A stretch of DNA of 64,000 nucleotides, from positions 320,001-384,000 of the forward strand of contig CAXXFV010000008.1 of assembly GCA_963674595.2 (NCBI GenBank), written 5' to 3'. Both the position numbers and the translations under genes were made by a program. The notes under the pieces are model-generated. The model saw only the letters and a list, made by a program, of their open reading frames with translations, did not search any database and was not told the DNA's origin. Below, one piece after another: positions 46,929 through 58,480 of this stretch (position 1 is its first letter; every line of letters starts with the position of its first letter). The stretch is from a bacterium (GTDB lineage: Bacteria > Zhuqueibacterota > Zhuqueibacteria > Residuimicrobiales > Krinioviventaceae).

Positions 46929-49322
46929 ATGATTCCAAATAAATTCCGCAGACAATATATCCATTATGAAATGGATAGGGAGGCGATTTTTAATCATGAT
47001 GTTTGGGAATTTGAATACATTACATCTGCCAAAGAGTGGCAGTTTGACAATAATGTTTTGTATGTGCGGTTGTCTGACCTCTCTGAATAAAAATGCGTTT
47101 ATGTCGGTAAGTTTTTTAAATCATGACTTGTTACAGGTCAGATTTTACCGTAATAAATTTATAAAAAATCCTTTTAACATTGTGAACGAACCGGAACCAT
47201 GTGACCATCGTTTTGCCGCTGCAGAAAAAGAGGGCATTATCTATATTCAAACCAATGCTCTTATTTTCAAATTTCATTTGCAAACGTGTGTTATTGAAAT
47301 TTTGGACCACCAGTTAAAACTGATTTCGCAATATGCGTTGACGGAAAAAGAGCAATTGTTTTTTCCCGAATATACATTGGGCCGGCAGGAAAATTCGGAT
47401 AAAGAGACCCGTTGTTTTATAAATTTGCAATTACAGCCGGAAGAAGCCATCTATGGACTGGGTGAAAAATTTACACCGATTAATCAGCGTGGGTATAAGG
47501 ATACCGGCTGGAATTCCGATACGACCGGCTGTCGTTGGGACCGGGCTTATAAAAATGTTCCGTTTTTTATGTCCAGTCGGGGCTATGGTGTTTTTGTACA
47601 CCAGACAGAGCGTATCGATTATGAAATCGGCAGCCGTAATTTTAATGTCTGTTCCATTGCTGTTGAAAGCGACCAGTTAGAGTATTTTTTCTTTTACGGT
47701 CCGGGTTTGAAAAAAGTAATCAGTACCTATACAAAGTTGACCGGCCGGGCGCCGAACCTGCCGAAATGGTCTTTTGGTTTTTGGATGTCGCGTTTTTCCT
47801 ATATGAACTGGGACCAGGTTTTTGAGGCTGTTGAAGGACTGCGCACCAGAAACATCCCGGTAGACGTTGTTCATATTGATCCTTTCTGGATGCGTGAGGA
47901 CTGTTACTGTGACCTGGTGTGGGACCCTGACACATTCCCGGAGCCGGAAGAGAATTTGAAAAAATTAAAGGACATGGGCGTAAGAGTTTGTTTGTGGGAA
48001 CAGCCCTATATCCCGGTGCAAACAGAGCGTTTTAGAGAAGCCGAACAAAACGGTTATCTGGTAAAAAATATATCCGGCAAAACCTATATCATCACCGACT
48101 TTGAAGACCGGCCTGTTCGGTATTGTTGATTTTACCAATCCCAATGCTGTGCGCTGGTATAAAGACCTGCATATCAAATTATTGATTCAGGGTGTGTCTG
48201 TCTTTAAAACAGATATGGGAGAGGCTCTGCCCAAAGATGCGGTTTTAGCCAACGGCAAAACCGGCAAGGAAATACACAATATTTATTCCCAGCTTTATAA
48301 CAAGGCCGTTTATGAGGCCTGTTCTGAATATTCCGAACAGGATGCCCTGGTCTGGGGACGTTCCGGATTTGCCGGCTCGCAAAAATATCCGTTAAACTGG
48401 TCCGGTGATCCGCATAGCACTTTTCAGGATATGGCCAATGTTTTAAGAAGCGGACTCAGTTATGGACTTGCGGGCGTGCCCTTCTGGAGTCATGACATTG
48501 GCGGATTTCAGGGAGAAAAACCATCTCCGGAACTTTACATCCGCTGGGCGCAGTTTGGCTTATTGTGTTCTCATGCACGGGCGCACGGTTGTCAGCCCCG
48601 TGAGCCCCTGGGAATACGGTGAGGAAGCTGTTCAGATTTTTAACAAATTTTGTCAGCTTCGTTATCGGCTGCTGCCTTATATCTGGTCTGTTGCCAACGA
48701 AGCCTGTAACACTGGTTTGCCGGTTATCCGGCCGATGATGCTGGAATTTCAGAAAGATGTGAATACCAAAAATCTGGACCTGCAATATATGCTGGGTCCG
48801 TCTGTTCTTGTTGCCCCGGTATTTAATGAATCGGGCTGGGTACAGGTTTATCTGCCGGAAGGCGAGTGGCTTGACTTTTGGACCAATCAAATTGTCAACG
48901 GTTCGCAATGGCTGGAACTCAAAGTACCCCTGGATAGAATACCGATTTATATCCGTCAAAATTCCGTGATACCTACCGGTCCGGAAATGAATTTTGTCGG
49001 TGAAAAACGCATCAGTCCGTTGTCGCTGGACCTGTTCCGGATTGATAATTTTGACTGGATTATTGATGCCGATAATAAGAGCCACCTTCATATAGAGAGA
49101 GACGAAAAAAGTATGCTGCTTCAACTTGCTGATTTTGAAGGTGATCTTGTCTGCCGGTTTCATTATCTTGATAAACCCAAGGATGTTCGCATCACTCCTG
49201 TTGATCATTTTGAGGCGGCATCTGTTGCCAAAAGTCATTGGGAATATAATGTAAACAAAAAATTGCTGGCTGTCAAGGCATCGGGAGTTCAGTTAGGCGT
49301 GTATATTGAGATCAGGTTTTAA
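46929..49322 (+). pseudogene. GH31 glycosidase (YicI alpha-xylosidase-like), about 796 aa, broken by three +1 frameshifts (possibly sequencing errors)
   Basis: AGAGGA RBS then ATG 46929; YGLGE, YKNVPFF, FKTDMGE, WSGD, WSHDIGGF, RWAQFG; one extra base near 47079, 48116 and 48608. Confidence 0.85.
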
Positions 49323-49359
49323 TTTTGAATTTTATTTCCAGCCGGAATAGAGGTTATGT

Positions 49360-50007
49360 ATGTTAAAAGGAAAAAAAGAAAAACAGGTGCAGCAGCTTGT
49401 GGGCGAACACTTTGAGATTGTAGAACAATGTGTTAAAGCTGCCGTGGATACGGTTGAATGTTATTTGAATGAAGATATGGACGGCACAACAGCTATGGGG
49501 CTTGAAACCGACAGGCTTGAACGCGAAGCCGACCAAATGCGCCGTAAAATTTATAATATTATGGGAACAGGCGCGTTTATGCCGATTTTACGTGGTGATA
49601 TTCATTGTCTGGTTGAGGAGATCGACGATTTGGCGGACTGTGCCGAAGATGTCGGTGACGTGATTAGCGGTGAACGACCGGATATCCCCCGGGAGTTTCA
49701 TGAAACGATTCGAAAAATCATGGACAGTACTTTTAAACAATGCCAATTGGCGCAAAAGATTATTGGTGGTTTTTTTGGATTAAACGATAATATGCAAGTT
49801 CAGAGTGGTATTGATGAAATTACCAAAATTGAACGGGAAATTGATGCTTTGGAATGGGACGTTACACGCCAAATTTTCAGTTCTGAATTACCCTTGGCAA
49901 ATAAATTACATTTGAAACAGTTTTTGCATCATTTGTCATCTATTTCAGATAAAGCCGAAGATGTAATGGATGTACTGAGTGAATTAATGATTAAAATGAA
50001 AGCCTGA
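49360..50007 (+). CDS. DUF47 (PhoU-like) phosphate transport regulator
   Basis: Two helical repeats LEREAD / IEREID, DDLAD, SDKAED; directly upstream of PiT. Confidence 0.85.
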   Translation: MLKGKKEKQVQQLVGEHFEIVEQCVKAAVDTVECYLNEDMDGTTAMGLETDRLEREADQMRRKIYNIMGTGAFMPILRGDIHCLVEEIDDLADCAEDVGDVISGERPDIPREFHETIRKIMDSTFKQCQLAQKIIGGFFGLNDNMQVQSGIDEITKIEREIDALEWDVTRQIFSSELPLANKLHLKQFLHHLSSISDKAEDVMDVLSELMIKMKA

Positions 50008-50024
50008 AAAATAACGATTAATAT

Positions 50025-50966
50025 ATGTGGAATTTTATAAGTGGTGCATTTTTAGGGTGGAGCCTCGGCAGTAACGATGCCGCTAATGTATTTGGGACCG
50101 GTGTAGCAACAAATATGATCAAATACCGAACAGCTATTATACTGATTGCTATTTTCGTCATGCTTGGCGCGGTGGTTGATGGGCCTAAAACAATCCAAAC
50201 CATCGGCAAGTTGTCTGAGCTTGAGCCGAACCAAACTTTTTTTGTTACATTTGCTGCTGCTTTTGTATTGTTTATCATGTCAAAACTGGCCCTTCCGACA
50301 TCGTCCTCTCAGGCCATTGTCGGGGCGGTTATTGCATTTGGATTGGTTAATAATTCAGCGGATTGGAGCATGTTGTCAAAAATTGTGATTTGCTGGATAT
50401 TAACGCCTGTGGGTGCGGCTGTTATCAGTTTGATTCTATACCCGATTATTGCCTTTTTATTACGTCCTATTTTTAAAAATGTATTTCTTTACACAACCGT
50501 TATCCGAATCGGTATCATTTTTTCAGGGTGCTACGGCGCTTATGCGTTGGGCGGGAATAATGTAGCCAATGTTTCCGGCGTATATGTGGGCACCGGTGAA
50601 ATGACGCCTGTTACGGCCTCGGTTTTTGGCGGATTTTTTATCGCACTGGGTGTGCTCACATTCAGCAAAAATGTTATGATGGCCGTAGGTAAAGATATTT
50701 TTCCGCTGGATGCCTTTACTGCATTTATAGCCGTTTTGGCCCATGCGTTAACGATTCATGTTTTTACATTTATTGGTGTACCTGTATCCGGTTCTCAGGC
50801 CATTGTCGGCGCTGTTTTGGGTATCGGTCTTTTAAAAAATTTCAAAGCAATCAGTTTGAAAAAAGTTACCGGCATTGTTAGTGGCTGGCTGGCCACACCT
50901 GTGATTACCGGTGTGATTTGTTATTTATTTTATTTAACTTTTAGTGTTGTGAAAAATTGGATATAA
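50025..50966 (+). CDS. Inorganic phosphate transporter (PiT family)
   Basis: GSNDAANVFG and GGNNVAN signatures, PTSSSQ / PVSGSQ. Confidence 0.92.
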   Translation: MWNFISGAFLGWSLGSNDAANVFGTGVATNMIKYRTAIILIAIFVMLGAVVDGPKTIQTIGKLSELEPNQTFFVTFAAAFVLFIMSKLALPTSSSQAIVGAVIAFGLVNNSADWSMLSKIVICWILTPVGAAVISLILYPIIAFLLRPIFKNVFLYTTVIRIGIIFSGCYGAYALGGNNVANVSGVYVGTGEMTPVTASVFGGFFIALGVLTFSKNVMMAVGKDIFPLDAFTAFIAVLAHALTIHVFTFIGVPVSGSQAIVGAVLGIGLLKNFKAISLKKVTGIVSGWLATPVITGVICYLFYLTFSVVKNWI

Positions 50967-50988
50967 ACAGAAAGTTATTTGGATTAAT

Positions 50989-51669
50989 ATGAAGGTTTTA
51001 CTTTTTGATATTGACGGCACTCTTGTTCTGTCCGGGGGTGCCGGTGTTAAAGCGTTGGATCAGGCATTTTATGACATGTTTCATGTTAAAAATGTCCTGG
51101 CCCATGTGAACCTGGCAGGTCGAACAGATACGTCAATCCTTATTGACGCGTTGGAAGAGAATCAAATTAACGTGAATGGTTCCACAATTGAAGAATTTAA
51201 GGAATTATATTATAATCTTTTAATAGATGAAATTAAAGTCCCGTCGGATAAAAAATTTGTAATGCCAGGAATTATGCCGTTGCTGCAGGAATTGCATCAG
51301 CGACCGTCTGTATTTCTCGGATTGTTGACCGGAAACTGGGAAACAAGCGGGAGAATTAAGCTCAAACATTTTGGGCTGGACCATTATTTCAGTTTTGGCG
51401 CCTTTGCAGATGATTCCGGCGTTCGGGATGAACTGCTGCCTTTTGCAGTTGAACGGTACAGCAAAAAATTCAACCAAATTCCGCAGCCGCACCAGGTTTA
51501 TGTTATCGGCGACACGCCGGCAGATATTCAGTGTGCAAGGCCGCACGGTGCTGTTTCTGTTGCTGTCGGCGCTGCACACTATACCGTCGAACAGCTCGAA
51601 AAATATAATCCGGACTATTTGTTTTCCGATTTTAGTGATACCGAAGAAATTTTGTCTGTTTTAGGTTAG
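50989..51669 (+). CDS. HAD-superfamily hydrolase
   Basis: FDIDGTL, LTGN, IGDTPAD. Confidence 0.92.
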   Translation: MKVLLFDIDGTLVLSGGAGVKALDQAFYDMFHVKNVLAHVNLAGRTDTSILIDALEENQINVNGSTIEEFKELYYNLLIDEIKVPSDKKFVMPGIMPLLQELHQRPSVFLGLLTGNWETSGRIKLKHFGLDHYFSFGAFADDSGVRDELLPFAVERYSKKFNQIPQPHQVYVIGDTPADIQCARPHGAVSVAVGAAHYTVEQLEKYNPDYLFSDFSDTEEILSVLG

Positions 51670-51703
51670 TTTTATCATTTTTAAAAAATAAGAAAGTTAT
51701 TTT

Positions 51704-54307
51704 ATGGCAGCTTCACTAGTCATTGTCGAATCACCGGCAAAAGCAAAAACAATCAACAAGTATCTTGGTAGTAAATTTATTGTTCGTTCCAGTATGGGGC
51801 ATATTCGGGATTTGCCGGTAAGCGCTTCTTCAGACGGCAAGAAAAAAGCTGAACCGATTTCAAAAGATTTGTCTCCGCAGGAAAAAGAAAAAGAAAAAGA
51901 ACGACGCGCTTATAATGCCCTGGTGCGAAATATGGCGATTGATCCAGATGACGGTTGGAAAGCCCGGTATGAAATTTTACCGGGAAAACACAAAGTACTG
52001 TCTGAGTTGAAAAAATATGCCAAGCAGGCAGATACCATCTATCTCGCCACGGACCTTGACCGTGAAGGCGAGGCGATTGCCTGGCATTTGCAGGAAGCCA
52101 TTGGTGGTGACCGGTCACGGTACAAACGGGTTACGTTTAGCGAAATTACCAAATCCGCTATTCAAAAGGCATTTGAGAACCCCGGTGAGCTGAACATGCA
52201 GCGTGTTAATGCCCAGCAAACACGACGGTTTTTAGACCGTGTTGTCGGGTTTATGCTTTCTCCTCTTTTATGGAAAAAAGTAGCCAGAGGACTTTCTGCC
52301 GGACGTGTGCAGTCTGTGGCTGTGAAATTAATTGTAGAACGTGAGCGCGAAATTCGTGCTTTTGTACCTGAAGAGTATTGGGAGATTTTTGCCGATCTGC
52401 TGCATAAAAAACATCCCTTTCAGGCCAAAGTTGTTAAATATTTGAACAAACCGTTTCGACCGGTTAATAAAGAACAAGCGGATAAAGCTGTCGATACGTT
52501 GTCAAATTCTGCTTATACAGTCCTCGACAGTAAACTCAAGCCGACCAAACAAAGACCGCCTGCACCTTTTATTACAACCACCTTGACCCAGGCCGCCAGT
52601 ACGCGCCTTGGCTTTAGTATAAAAAAGACCATGCTGCTTGCCCAGCGGTTGTATGAAGCGGGGCACATTACCTATATGCGAACGGATTCCCGGCAATTGA
52701 GTCCGGTTGCTGTTAATGCCTGTCGTGATTTTATTAATGATGCTTTTGGGCCGAAATACGTACCGGGCAAACCGCAATTTTATGCCAGCGGCAAAGGCGC
52801 TCAGGAAGCGCATGAAGCCATTCGGCCGACTCAGGTAAACCTTGTGCCCGGCTCTATTGATAATATAGAGGCAGACCAGCAGCGGTTATATGATTTAATT
52901 TGGCGCCAATTTGTGGCCTGCCAGATGACGGCTGCTGAATTTGACAGTTCAACTATTATTATTAAAGCCGATGACTATGAACTGCGTGCAAACGGCCGGG
53001 TGATGCGGTTTGACGGCTGGATGCGGGTATTGCCGCCGGCAAAACAAAACGAAGATGAACGGGAACTCCCTGTCGTTAAAACCGGTGATCCTCTGGACCT
53101 GGAAAAACTGCATCCCAGTCAGCATTTTACAAAACCGCCGGCCCGATATACGGAAGCGAGTCTGGTAAAAGAACTTGAGAGGCTTGGTATTGGCCGTCCG
53201 TCAACCTATGCACCGATTATCTCCACGATTCAGGACAGAGGTTACGTGCAGCTCATCAAGCGGCGGTTTTATGCACAAAAAATCGGGGATATTGTTACAG
53301 AACGTTTGGATGAAAACTTTGACGATCTTATGGACTATGGTTTTACCGCATCTGTTGAAGAAAAACTGGATCTGATTTCAGTCGGCGAGCAGGATTGGCG
53401 TAAAACTCTGGATATGTTTTATCAGCATTTTTGTGAACAGCTAAAAGAGGCTGATTCCGTTATGCGTTTAAATGAACCCGTACCTGTCGACTATAAATGT
53501 TCCGAATGCGGAAGACAGATGGTGGTGCGGACTGCCAAAACCGGTGTTTTTCTTAGTTGTACCGGTTATGAATTACCGCCCAAAGAAAGATGCAAAGCAA
53601 CGGTTAATTTGGTCCCCGGAGATGAAAGTGAAGCCGTGAATGCGGATGACGGAGAAACAGAAACCGCAGAATTAATGGCAAAAAAACGATGCCCAAAATG
53701 CGGTACGGCAATGGATAGCTGGCTTGTTGATGACCAGCACCGGCTGCACATTTGCGGCAACAGTCCCGATTGTGATGGTACGGTCATTGAAAAAGGTGAG
53801 TACAAGATCAAAGGGTATGAGGGCCCTGTTATCGAGTGTGAAAAATGTGGTGGGGAAATGCAGCTTCGTACCGGGCGATTTGGAAAGTTTTTTGCCTGTA
53901 TACGTTATCCCGAATGTAAGAACACACGCAAACTGATGCGTAACGGCCAGCCTGCCCCGCCTATGATGGACCCTGTCCCTATGCCGGAACTGAAATGTGA
54001 AAAATCTGACGCCTATTTTTTATTACGTGACAGTTTGGCCGGAATGTTTTTGGCGGCCCATACTTTTCCCAAATCACGGGAAACCCGCAGTCCATTGGTA
54101 GAAGAGGTGGCCAAACATCGACAAGAACTGCCGGAAAAACATCATTACCTGGCTGATGCACCCCAGGAAGATCCGGACGGAAATAAAGCCGTGATTAAAT
54201 GGAAACGAAAAGAAAAGATACAATATCTCGGATCTGTTAAAGACGGCAAACCAACAAAATGGGCAGCCTTTTATCAGAATAATAACTGGAAGTGGGAGAA
54301 AAAATAA
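51704..54307 (+). CDS. topA: DNA topoisomerase I (type IA) with zinc ribbons
   Basis: [25 protein letters not shown], catalytic [16 protein letters not shown]4 zinc fingers. Confidence 0.97.
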   Translation: MAASLVIVESPAKAKTINKYLGSKFIVRSSMGHIRDLPVSASSDGKKKAEPISKDLSPQEKEKEKERRAYNALVRNMAIDPDDGWKARYEILPGKHKVLSELKKYAKQADTIYLATDLDREGEAIAWHLQEAIGGDRSRYKRVTFSEITKSAIQKAFENPGELNMQRVNAQQTRRFLDRVVGFMLSPLLWKKVARGLSAGRVQSVAVKLIVEREREIRAFVPEEYWEIFADLLHKKHPFQAKVVKYLNKPFRPVNKEQADKAVDTLSNSAYTVLDSKLKPTKQRPPAPFITTTLTQAASTRLGFSIKKTMLLAQRLYEAGHITYMRTDSRQLSPVAVNACRDFINDAFGPKYVPGKPQFYASGKGAQEAHEAIRPTQVNLVPGSIDNIEADQQRLYDLIWRQFVACQMTAAEFDSSTIIIKADDYELRANGRVMRFDGWMRVLPPAKQNEDERELPVVKTGDPLDLEKLHPSQHFTKPPARYTEASLVKELERLGIGRPSTYAPIISTIQDRGYVQLIKRRFYAQKIGDIVTERLDENFDDLMDYGFTASVEEKLDLISVGEQDWRKTLDMFYQHFCEQLKEADSVMRLNEPVPVDYKCSECGRQMVVRTAKTGVFLSCTGYELPPKERCKATVNLVPGDESEAVNADDGETETAELMAKKRCPKCGTAMDSWLVDDQHRLHICGNSPDCDGTVIEKGEYKIKGYEGPVIECEKCGGEMQLRTGRFGKFFACIRYPECKNTRKLMRNGQPAPPMMDPVPMPELKCEKSDAYFLLRDSLAGMFLAAHTFPKSRETRSPLVEEVAKHRQELPEKHHYLADAPQEDPDGNKAVIKWKRKEKIQYLGSVKDGKPTKWAAFYQNNNWKWEKK

Positions 54308-54442
54308 TATTAATTTTATTAAGTTTGGTTTGACCAATTTACTTGATAAAATGTACTGAAAATAATATATTACTCCACTTAAATATTTACGAATTTTCTT
54401 CGTATCCCCTGCCTGAAATCCCTGATTTGTAAGGAGTTTAAT

Positions 54443-55519
54443 GTGAAAAAAAAACTGTCTTCCAAAGAAAGAGTGTTGACCACTTTCCATTTACAGGAAC
54501 CGGACCGGGTGCCTGTTGATTATTTATATAACGCTGCTATTGATCGGCGTCTTAAAGAATATTACAAACTATCACAGAATGACAATGAAGGATTACGCCA
54601 AATTCTGGGTGTTGATTTCAGGACGATTGAAGCCCCTTACGTGGGGCCAAAATTGTATAAAGATGAAAAAGATATACAAATTGATAACTGGGGGAGAAGA
54701 CGCCGCTGGGTTGAGCATGAGTGGGGTGGTTATTGGGATTGGTGTAACTGGCCTTTAACCAATGCCACAGAACAGGAAATTGACGCGTGGCTCATGCCGT
54801 CGCCGGATGATTTTGATTATACGATTATAGAAAGTTTATGTGAACATTATAAAGATTATTGTGTTGTTATCGGGCATCCGGGTGTGGCGGATATTATCAA
54901 TACAGCCGGTATGCTGAGAACAATGGAACAGGTTTTGGTTGACCTAATTACAGATGACCCGGCCGGGTTAAAATTGATTGATAAAAATGACAATGTTTGG
55001 CTTGAAATTATAGCCCGCACTTTGGAAGCCGGTAAGGGCAAGATCGATATGCTTTGGCTTGGCGAAGATTTGGGGACGCAGCGCGGTCCGACGATCAGTC
55101 TTGATCTTTACCGTAAACATATAAGGCCACGGCATCAAAAATTTGTTGATTTAGCCAAAACATTTAATATTCCCGTCATGATTCATTCCTGTGGGTCCAG
55201 CAGTTGGGCATTTGACGATTTTATAGAAATGGGAATTCAGGTCGTGGATACGTTGCAGCCTGAAGCCAAGGATATGGAACCGGCAGATTTAAAAAACCGT
55301 TATGGAAATAAATTAGCGTTTCATGGTATGATCTCTACGGCCGGACCGCTTGCTTATGGCACCCGGAAAGACGTTGAAAAAAATGTTCAGGAAATATTGG
55401 AAATAATGAAGCCGGGTGGTGGTTTTGCCCTGGCACCGACGCATGAAATTCAGGACAATTCGCCTACTGAAAATGTGGTTGCCATGTATGAAACGGCTAA
55501 AAAATATGGTACATACTAA
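54443..55519 (+). CDS. Uroporphyrinogen decarboxylase / MtaA-CmuA-like family protein
   Basis: EPDRVP, GEDLGTQ, HSCG, LQPEA, PGGGF..PTH, TENVVAMY. Confidence 0.85.
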   Translation: MKKKLSSKERVLTTFHLQEPDRVPVDYLYNAAIDRRLKEYYKLSQNDNEGLRQILGVDFRTIEAPYVGPKLYKDEKDIQIDNWGRRRRWVEHEWGGYWDWCNWPLTNATEQEIDAWLMPSPDDFDYTIIESLCEHYKDYCVVIGHPGVADIINTAGMLRTMEQVLVDLITDDPAGLKLIDKNDNVWLEIIARTLEAGKGKIDMLWLGEDLGTQRGPTISLDLYRKHIRPRHQKFVDLAKTFNIPVMIHSCGSSSWAFDDFIEMGIQVVDTLQPEAKDMEPADLKNRYGNKLAFHGMISTAGPLAYGTRKDVEKNVQEILEIMKPGGGFALAPTHEIQDNSPTENVVAMYETAKKYGTY

Positions 55520-55601
55520 TTTTTTTCGGGGCGTATGATCAGTAAAATTATTTTAAGTAGTTACGACATATATTTACATCCATCTGGTGAGGAGAACGTT
55601 T

Positions 55602-57392
55602 ATGCTGGAGTTTATTGATTGGTTGATAATTGCCGTATTTTTTGTGATTGTTTTGTCGATTGGATTGATAGCGTCAAAACGGGCCGGTAAAAATACATCA
55701 GAATTTTTTCTGTCGGGCCGAAATATGCCCTGGTGGTTACTCGGCGTTTCCATGGTCGCCTGTACCTTTTCCGCCGACACGCCGAATCTTGTAACGGACA
55801 TTGTCCGAAACAGCGGTGTTGCCGGAAACTGGGCCTGGTGGGCGTTTTTATTAACCGGTATGTTGACAGTTTTTGTTTATGCAAAATTATGGCGTCGCTC
55901 CGGTGTAATGACTGATCTGGAAATTTATGAAATACGCTACAGCGGCAAAGTTGCCTCTTTTTTACGCGGCTTTCGTGCCATCTATTTAGGACTGTTTTTT
56001 AATGTTATGATCATGGGTACGGTTTCCCTGGCTGCCATTAAAATTGGGGCTGTTATGTTTGGTCTGGACAAGTATACGACCATCATACTTGCGTCCTTTG
56101 CCGTTGTTATCTATGCCACCCTGGGCGGGTTACGCGGTGTTATCTGGGCTGATTTTTTTCAGTTTGGTATTGCTATGTTGGGGTCCATTGCTGCTGCTGT
56201 CGTTGCTTTAAAACAGCCGCAAATTGGCGGATTAAGCGGTTTGTTTACGAATGAAGCTTTGGCTGGTAAGCTCAATTTGCTGCCGGATTTTACAGATACG
56301 AAAGTACTGTTACCTCTTTTTGTTATTCCCATAGCTGTTCAGTGGTGGAATGTATGGTACCCGGGCGCTGAACCCGGTGGCGGTGGCTATATTGCCCAGC
56401 GAATGCTGTCGGCAAAAAATGAAAAGAATGCCATCGGTGCGACTCTTTTGTTCAATATTGCGCATTATGCCTTTCGTCCCTGGCCGTGGATTATAGTTGC
56501 ACTGTCATCAATAATTTTGTTTCCTCAACTTTCTGATATACACGCACAATTCCCCAATATTCCGGCACAATATCTAAAACATGATATTGCCTATCCGGTT
56601 ATGATGACCATTTTACCCAAAGGTCTGTTCGGACTTGTTGTTGCTTCATTAATCGCTGCATACATGTCAACAATCGGAACCCATCTGAACTGGGGTTCGT
56701 CCTATGTTGTTAACGATTTTTATAAAAGATTTATAAAGCCGGATGCAACAGAGAAAGAACTTGTTGGTGTGGGTCGAATTTGTACGATTTTGCTTATGAT
56801 TTTGGCGGCCATCGTTGCATTATGGCTGCAAAACGCCAAGCAGGCTTTTGATATTTTACTTCAAATAGGCGCCGGTACCGGTCTGATATTTATCCTGCGC
56901 TGGTTCTGGTGGCGAATTAATGGTTTTACGGAAATTTCAGCCATGATTGTTTCTTTTGTCATAGCATGTGTTTTTCAGTTTGCTGTTCCCGGTGTTAAGG
57001 AAGGGGCTGAACCGTTGTGGTGGCAGCAGTCTTATTGGCAGTTGTGTATAGGCATCGCCGGAACAACTTTGACCTGGCTGATATTTACCTTTTTAACACG
57101 CCCGACAGATGAAAAGACACTGATCAAGTTTTTCAAGTTAACACGACCAGGCGGTCCGGGATGGAAAAAAATTAATGAAAAAATTGTAGAACAGGGAGAA
57201 CAGTCTGTTTCGCATCAATTACCGCTGGAAATTTTATGTATGGTCATTGGATGTTTTACTGTTTATGGAGCCCTGTTTGCCACCGGATTCTGGATTTATG
57301 CCAATTATCCGAGTGCCATCGTAGCATCGGTTATCGCTGCTTTGGGTGCTTTGTTCCTGTTTAAAGCGTGGGGTCATTTAAAGACCCAGTAA
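55602..57392 (+). CDS. Sodium:solute symporter
   Basis: FFLSGRNMPWWL.G.S, QRMLSAKNE, AAYMST; ATG 55602 after GAGGAG. Confidence 0.92.
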   Translation: MLEFIDWLIIAVFFVIVLSIGLIASKRAGKNTSEFFLSGRNMPWWLLGVSMVACTFSADTPNLVTDIVRNSGVAGNWAWWAFLLTGMLTVFVYAKLWRRSGVMTDLEIYEIRYSGKVASFLRGFRAIYLGLFFNVMIMGTVSLAAIKIGAVMFGLDKYTTIILASFAVVIYATLGGLRGVIWADFFQFGIAMLGSIAAAVVALKQPQIGGLSGLFTNEALAGKLNLLPDFTDTKVLLPLFVIPIAVQWWNVWYPGAEPGGGGYIAQRMLSAKNEKNAIGATLLFNIAHYAFRPWPWIIVALSSIILFPQLSDIHAQFPNIPAQYLKHDIAYPVMMTILPKGLFGLVVASLIAAYMSTIGTHLNWGSSYVVNDFYKRFIKPDATEKELVGVGRICTILLMILAAIVALWLQNAKQAFDILLQIGAGTGLIFILRWFWWRINGFTEISAMIVSFVIACVFQFAVPGVKEGAEPLWWQQSYWQLCIGIAGTTLTWLIFTFLTRPTDEKTLIKFFKLTRPGGPGWKKINEKIVEQGEQSVSHQLPLEILCMVIGCFTVYGALFATGFWIYANYPSAIVASVIAALGALFLFKAWGHLKTQ

Positions 57393-57445
57393 ATATTGTT
57401 TTTAATTTATATTATATGTAAATTAAATTAGAGTTGTTTACAGTT

Positions 57446-57499
57446 TTCTCATGAATTGAATCCGTTCCTTATAAAGAGATAGGATTCAATTCATGAGAA
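57446..57499. repeat. Perfect 18-bp stem hairpin inside the left end of the IS
   Basis: TTCTCATGAATTGAATCC-N18-GGATTCAATTCATGAGAA. Confidence 0.9.
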
Positions 57500-57558
57500 G
57501 CAAATTTAATGTTGTTTGCAATTTCGGGATTTCCTAATTTTTAATAAAAGGAGATCCT

Positions 57559-58367
57559 ATGGTAATTCATAAAAAGACCAGATTAACGCCGATTCAACGG
57601 GAAAAAGTTTGCACATTATATTTTTCCGAAAAAAGACGTGTTTGTGATTTAGCACGAGAGTTTCATGTCAGTCGACCTACAATTTATAAAATAATCCATA
57701 ATGGCCGACAAAAAGATTATTCAATTCACAAGAGTGTAAACAAGCGTTTTCGCTGTTTAAAATACGGCATTAAACGTTTGGCTAAAATCGAAAAAAAACT
57801 TGAGGACAAGCTAAAACGTCAGGCCAAACGATATAATAAAGACTATCCAGGACAAATGATACATGGTGACACTAAAAAACTTCCCTTAATTAAGGGGGGG
57901 AATCTCCTTTTGAACGAACGGAATACCTGTTTGTGGCCATTGATGACTTTTCCAGAGAACTGTATGCTGCTATTTTACCTGATAAAACCCAATATTCAGC
58001 TAAAAAGTTTTTGGAGCAAGTCGTGGATGAATGTCCATATACAATAGAACAATTTTATACTGATAATGGCCGAGAGTACCGAGGTGATCCGAATAATCAT
58101 AAGTTTATGAAGTTGTGCAAAGAACATGGTATTGAACAAAAATTTACCAAAGTTAAAAGGCCACAAACAAATGGCAAAGCTGAAAGAGTTATACGAACTC
58201 TTGTCGAGCTTTGGCATAATAAAACTGTTTTTAAATCATCAGCCCATCGTAAAAATGAGCTAAAAAGATTTGTCAATTATTACAACGGAGTAAGACCTCA
58301 TAAAGGCATTGATGGACTAACTCCTGAAGAAAAACTAATTCAATATTTTTATCCCGATATTTTGTAA
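57559..58367 (+). pseudogene. IS481-type DDE transposase, frameshifted at a G7 run (57894-57900)
   Basis: H..RLTP..R HTH, YPGQMIHGDTK, then in the -1 frame YLFVAIDDFSR, TDNG, PQTNGKAER, YN..RPH. Confidence 0.88.
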
Positions 58368-58480
58368 ACAACGCTTGCTTTTCTTACATATTATACAATA
58401 AAAATCCTGTAATTTCGTTTTATTTAATAGAGAGGAATTAAATCAATGAAATAAATCTGACCAATTTTAGGAATGAAAAA

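Larger units (their letters stand above)
57417..58388 (+). mobile_element. IS481-like insertion sequence (972 bp) with 7-bp target duplication TATTATA
   Basis: 26-bp imperfect IRs TGTAAATTAAATTAGAGTTGTTTACA / TGTAAGAAAAGCAAGCGTTGTTTACA; TATTATA at 57410-57416 and 58389-58395. Confidence 0.88.
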
